DNA of 4,497 nucleotides from a virus (Duplodnaviria; Heunggongvirae; Uroviricota; Caudoviricetes): IMG/VR virus record IMGVR_UViG_2648501230_000017; one strand, 5' to 3'. Shown piece by piece: positions 4,442 to 4,497 of this stretch (position 1 is its first letter; each line of letters starts with the position of its first letter). The notes under the pieces were generated by a model. It saw only the letters and a program-made list of their open reading frames with translations, ran no database searches and was not told where the DNA came from. The position numbers and the translations under genes were made by a program.

Positions 4442-4497
4442 CCCATTACTGGCCTGCTGCCGCAGATATTCCCGTGGCGAGCGATAACCCAGTGCAC

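Noticed and set aside
3257-4497. Shiga toxin genes stxA/stxB, expected after the tRNA cluster by synteny
   Set aside because: No ORF of appropriate size, no signal-peptide-bearing A or B subunit, and no ORF of 60 aa or more at all between 3721 and 4167. The locus is stx-negative.
1-4497. CRISPR arrays, IS elements, integrase or att sites
   Set aside because: No spaced direct repeats, no terminal inverted repeats flanking a transposase-like ORF, and no duplicated tRNA 3' fragment downstream of the tRNA genes were seen.

Overview
This window reads as the late-regulatory segment of a lambdoid (Stx-phage-like) prophage from an enterobacterium, with everything credible on the + strand. In order: a YbcO-like zinc-binding nin-region protein, the Holliday-junction resolvase RusA, a Q-like late antiterminator, a PR'-like promoter and tR' terminator, a small HTH protein with its own terminator, a beta-class DNA amino-methyltransferase, and a promoter-driven tRNA cluster (tRNA-Ile CAU, a degenerate tRNA-Arg UCG-like gene, tRNA-Arg UCU). 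This is the gene order that precedes stxAB in Shiga-toxin phages, but no stx genes follow. Instead there is about 1.2 kb of AT-rich, unrecognised cargo: a roughly 108-117 aa ORF whose Arg and Ile codons are strongly skewed to the rare codons read by the adjacent tRNAs, a 28-codon hydrophobic micro-ORF, an ORF-poor interval full of GC-rich hairpins that ends in an intrinsic terminator, a 12-bp perfect inverted repeat, and an AT-rich stretch ending in a strong Shine-Dalgarno with a 13-codon mini-ORF. The cargo module at the stx position is the part most worth follow-up. All calls rest on reading the sequence and the supplied ORF track; no database search was possible.
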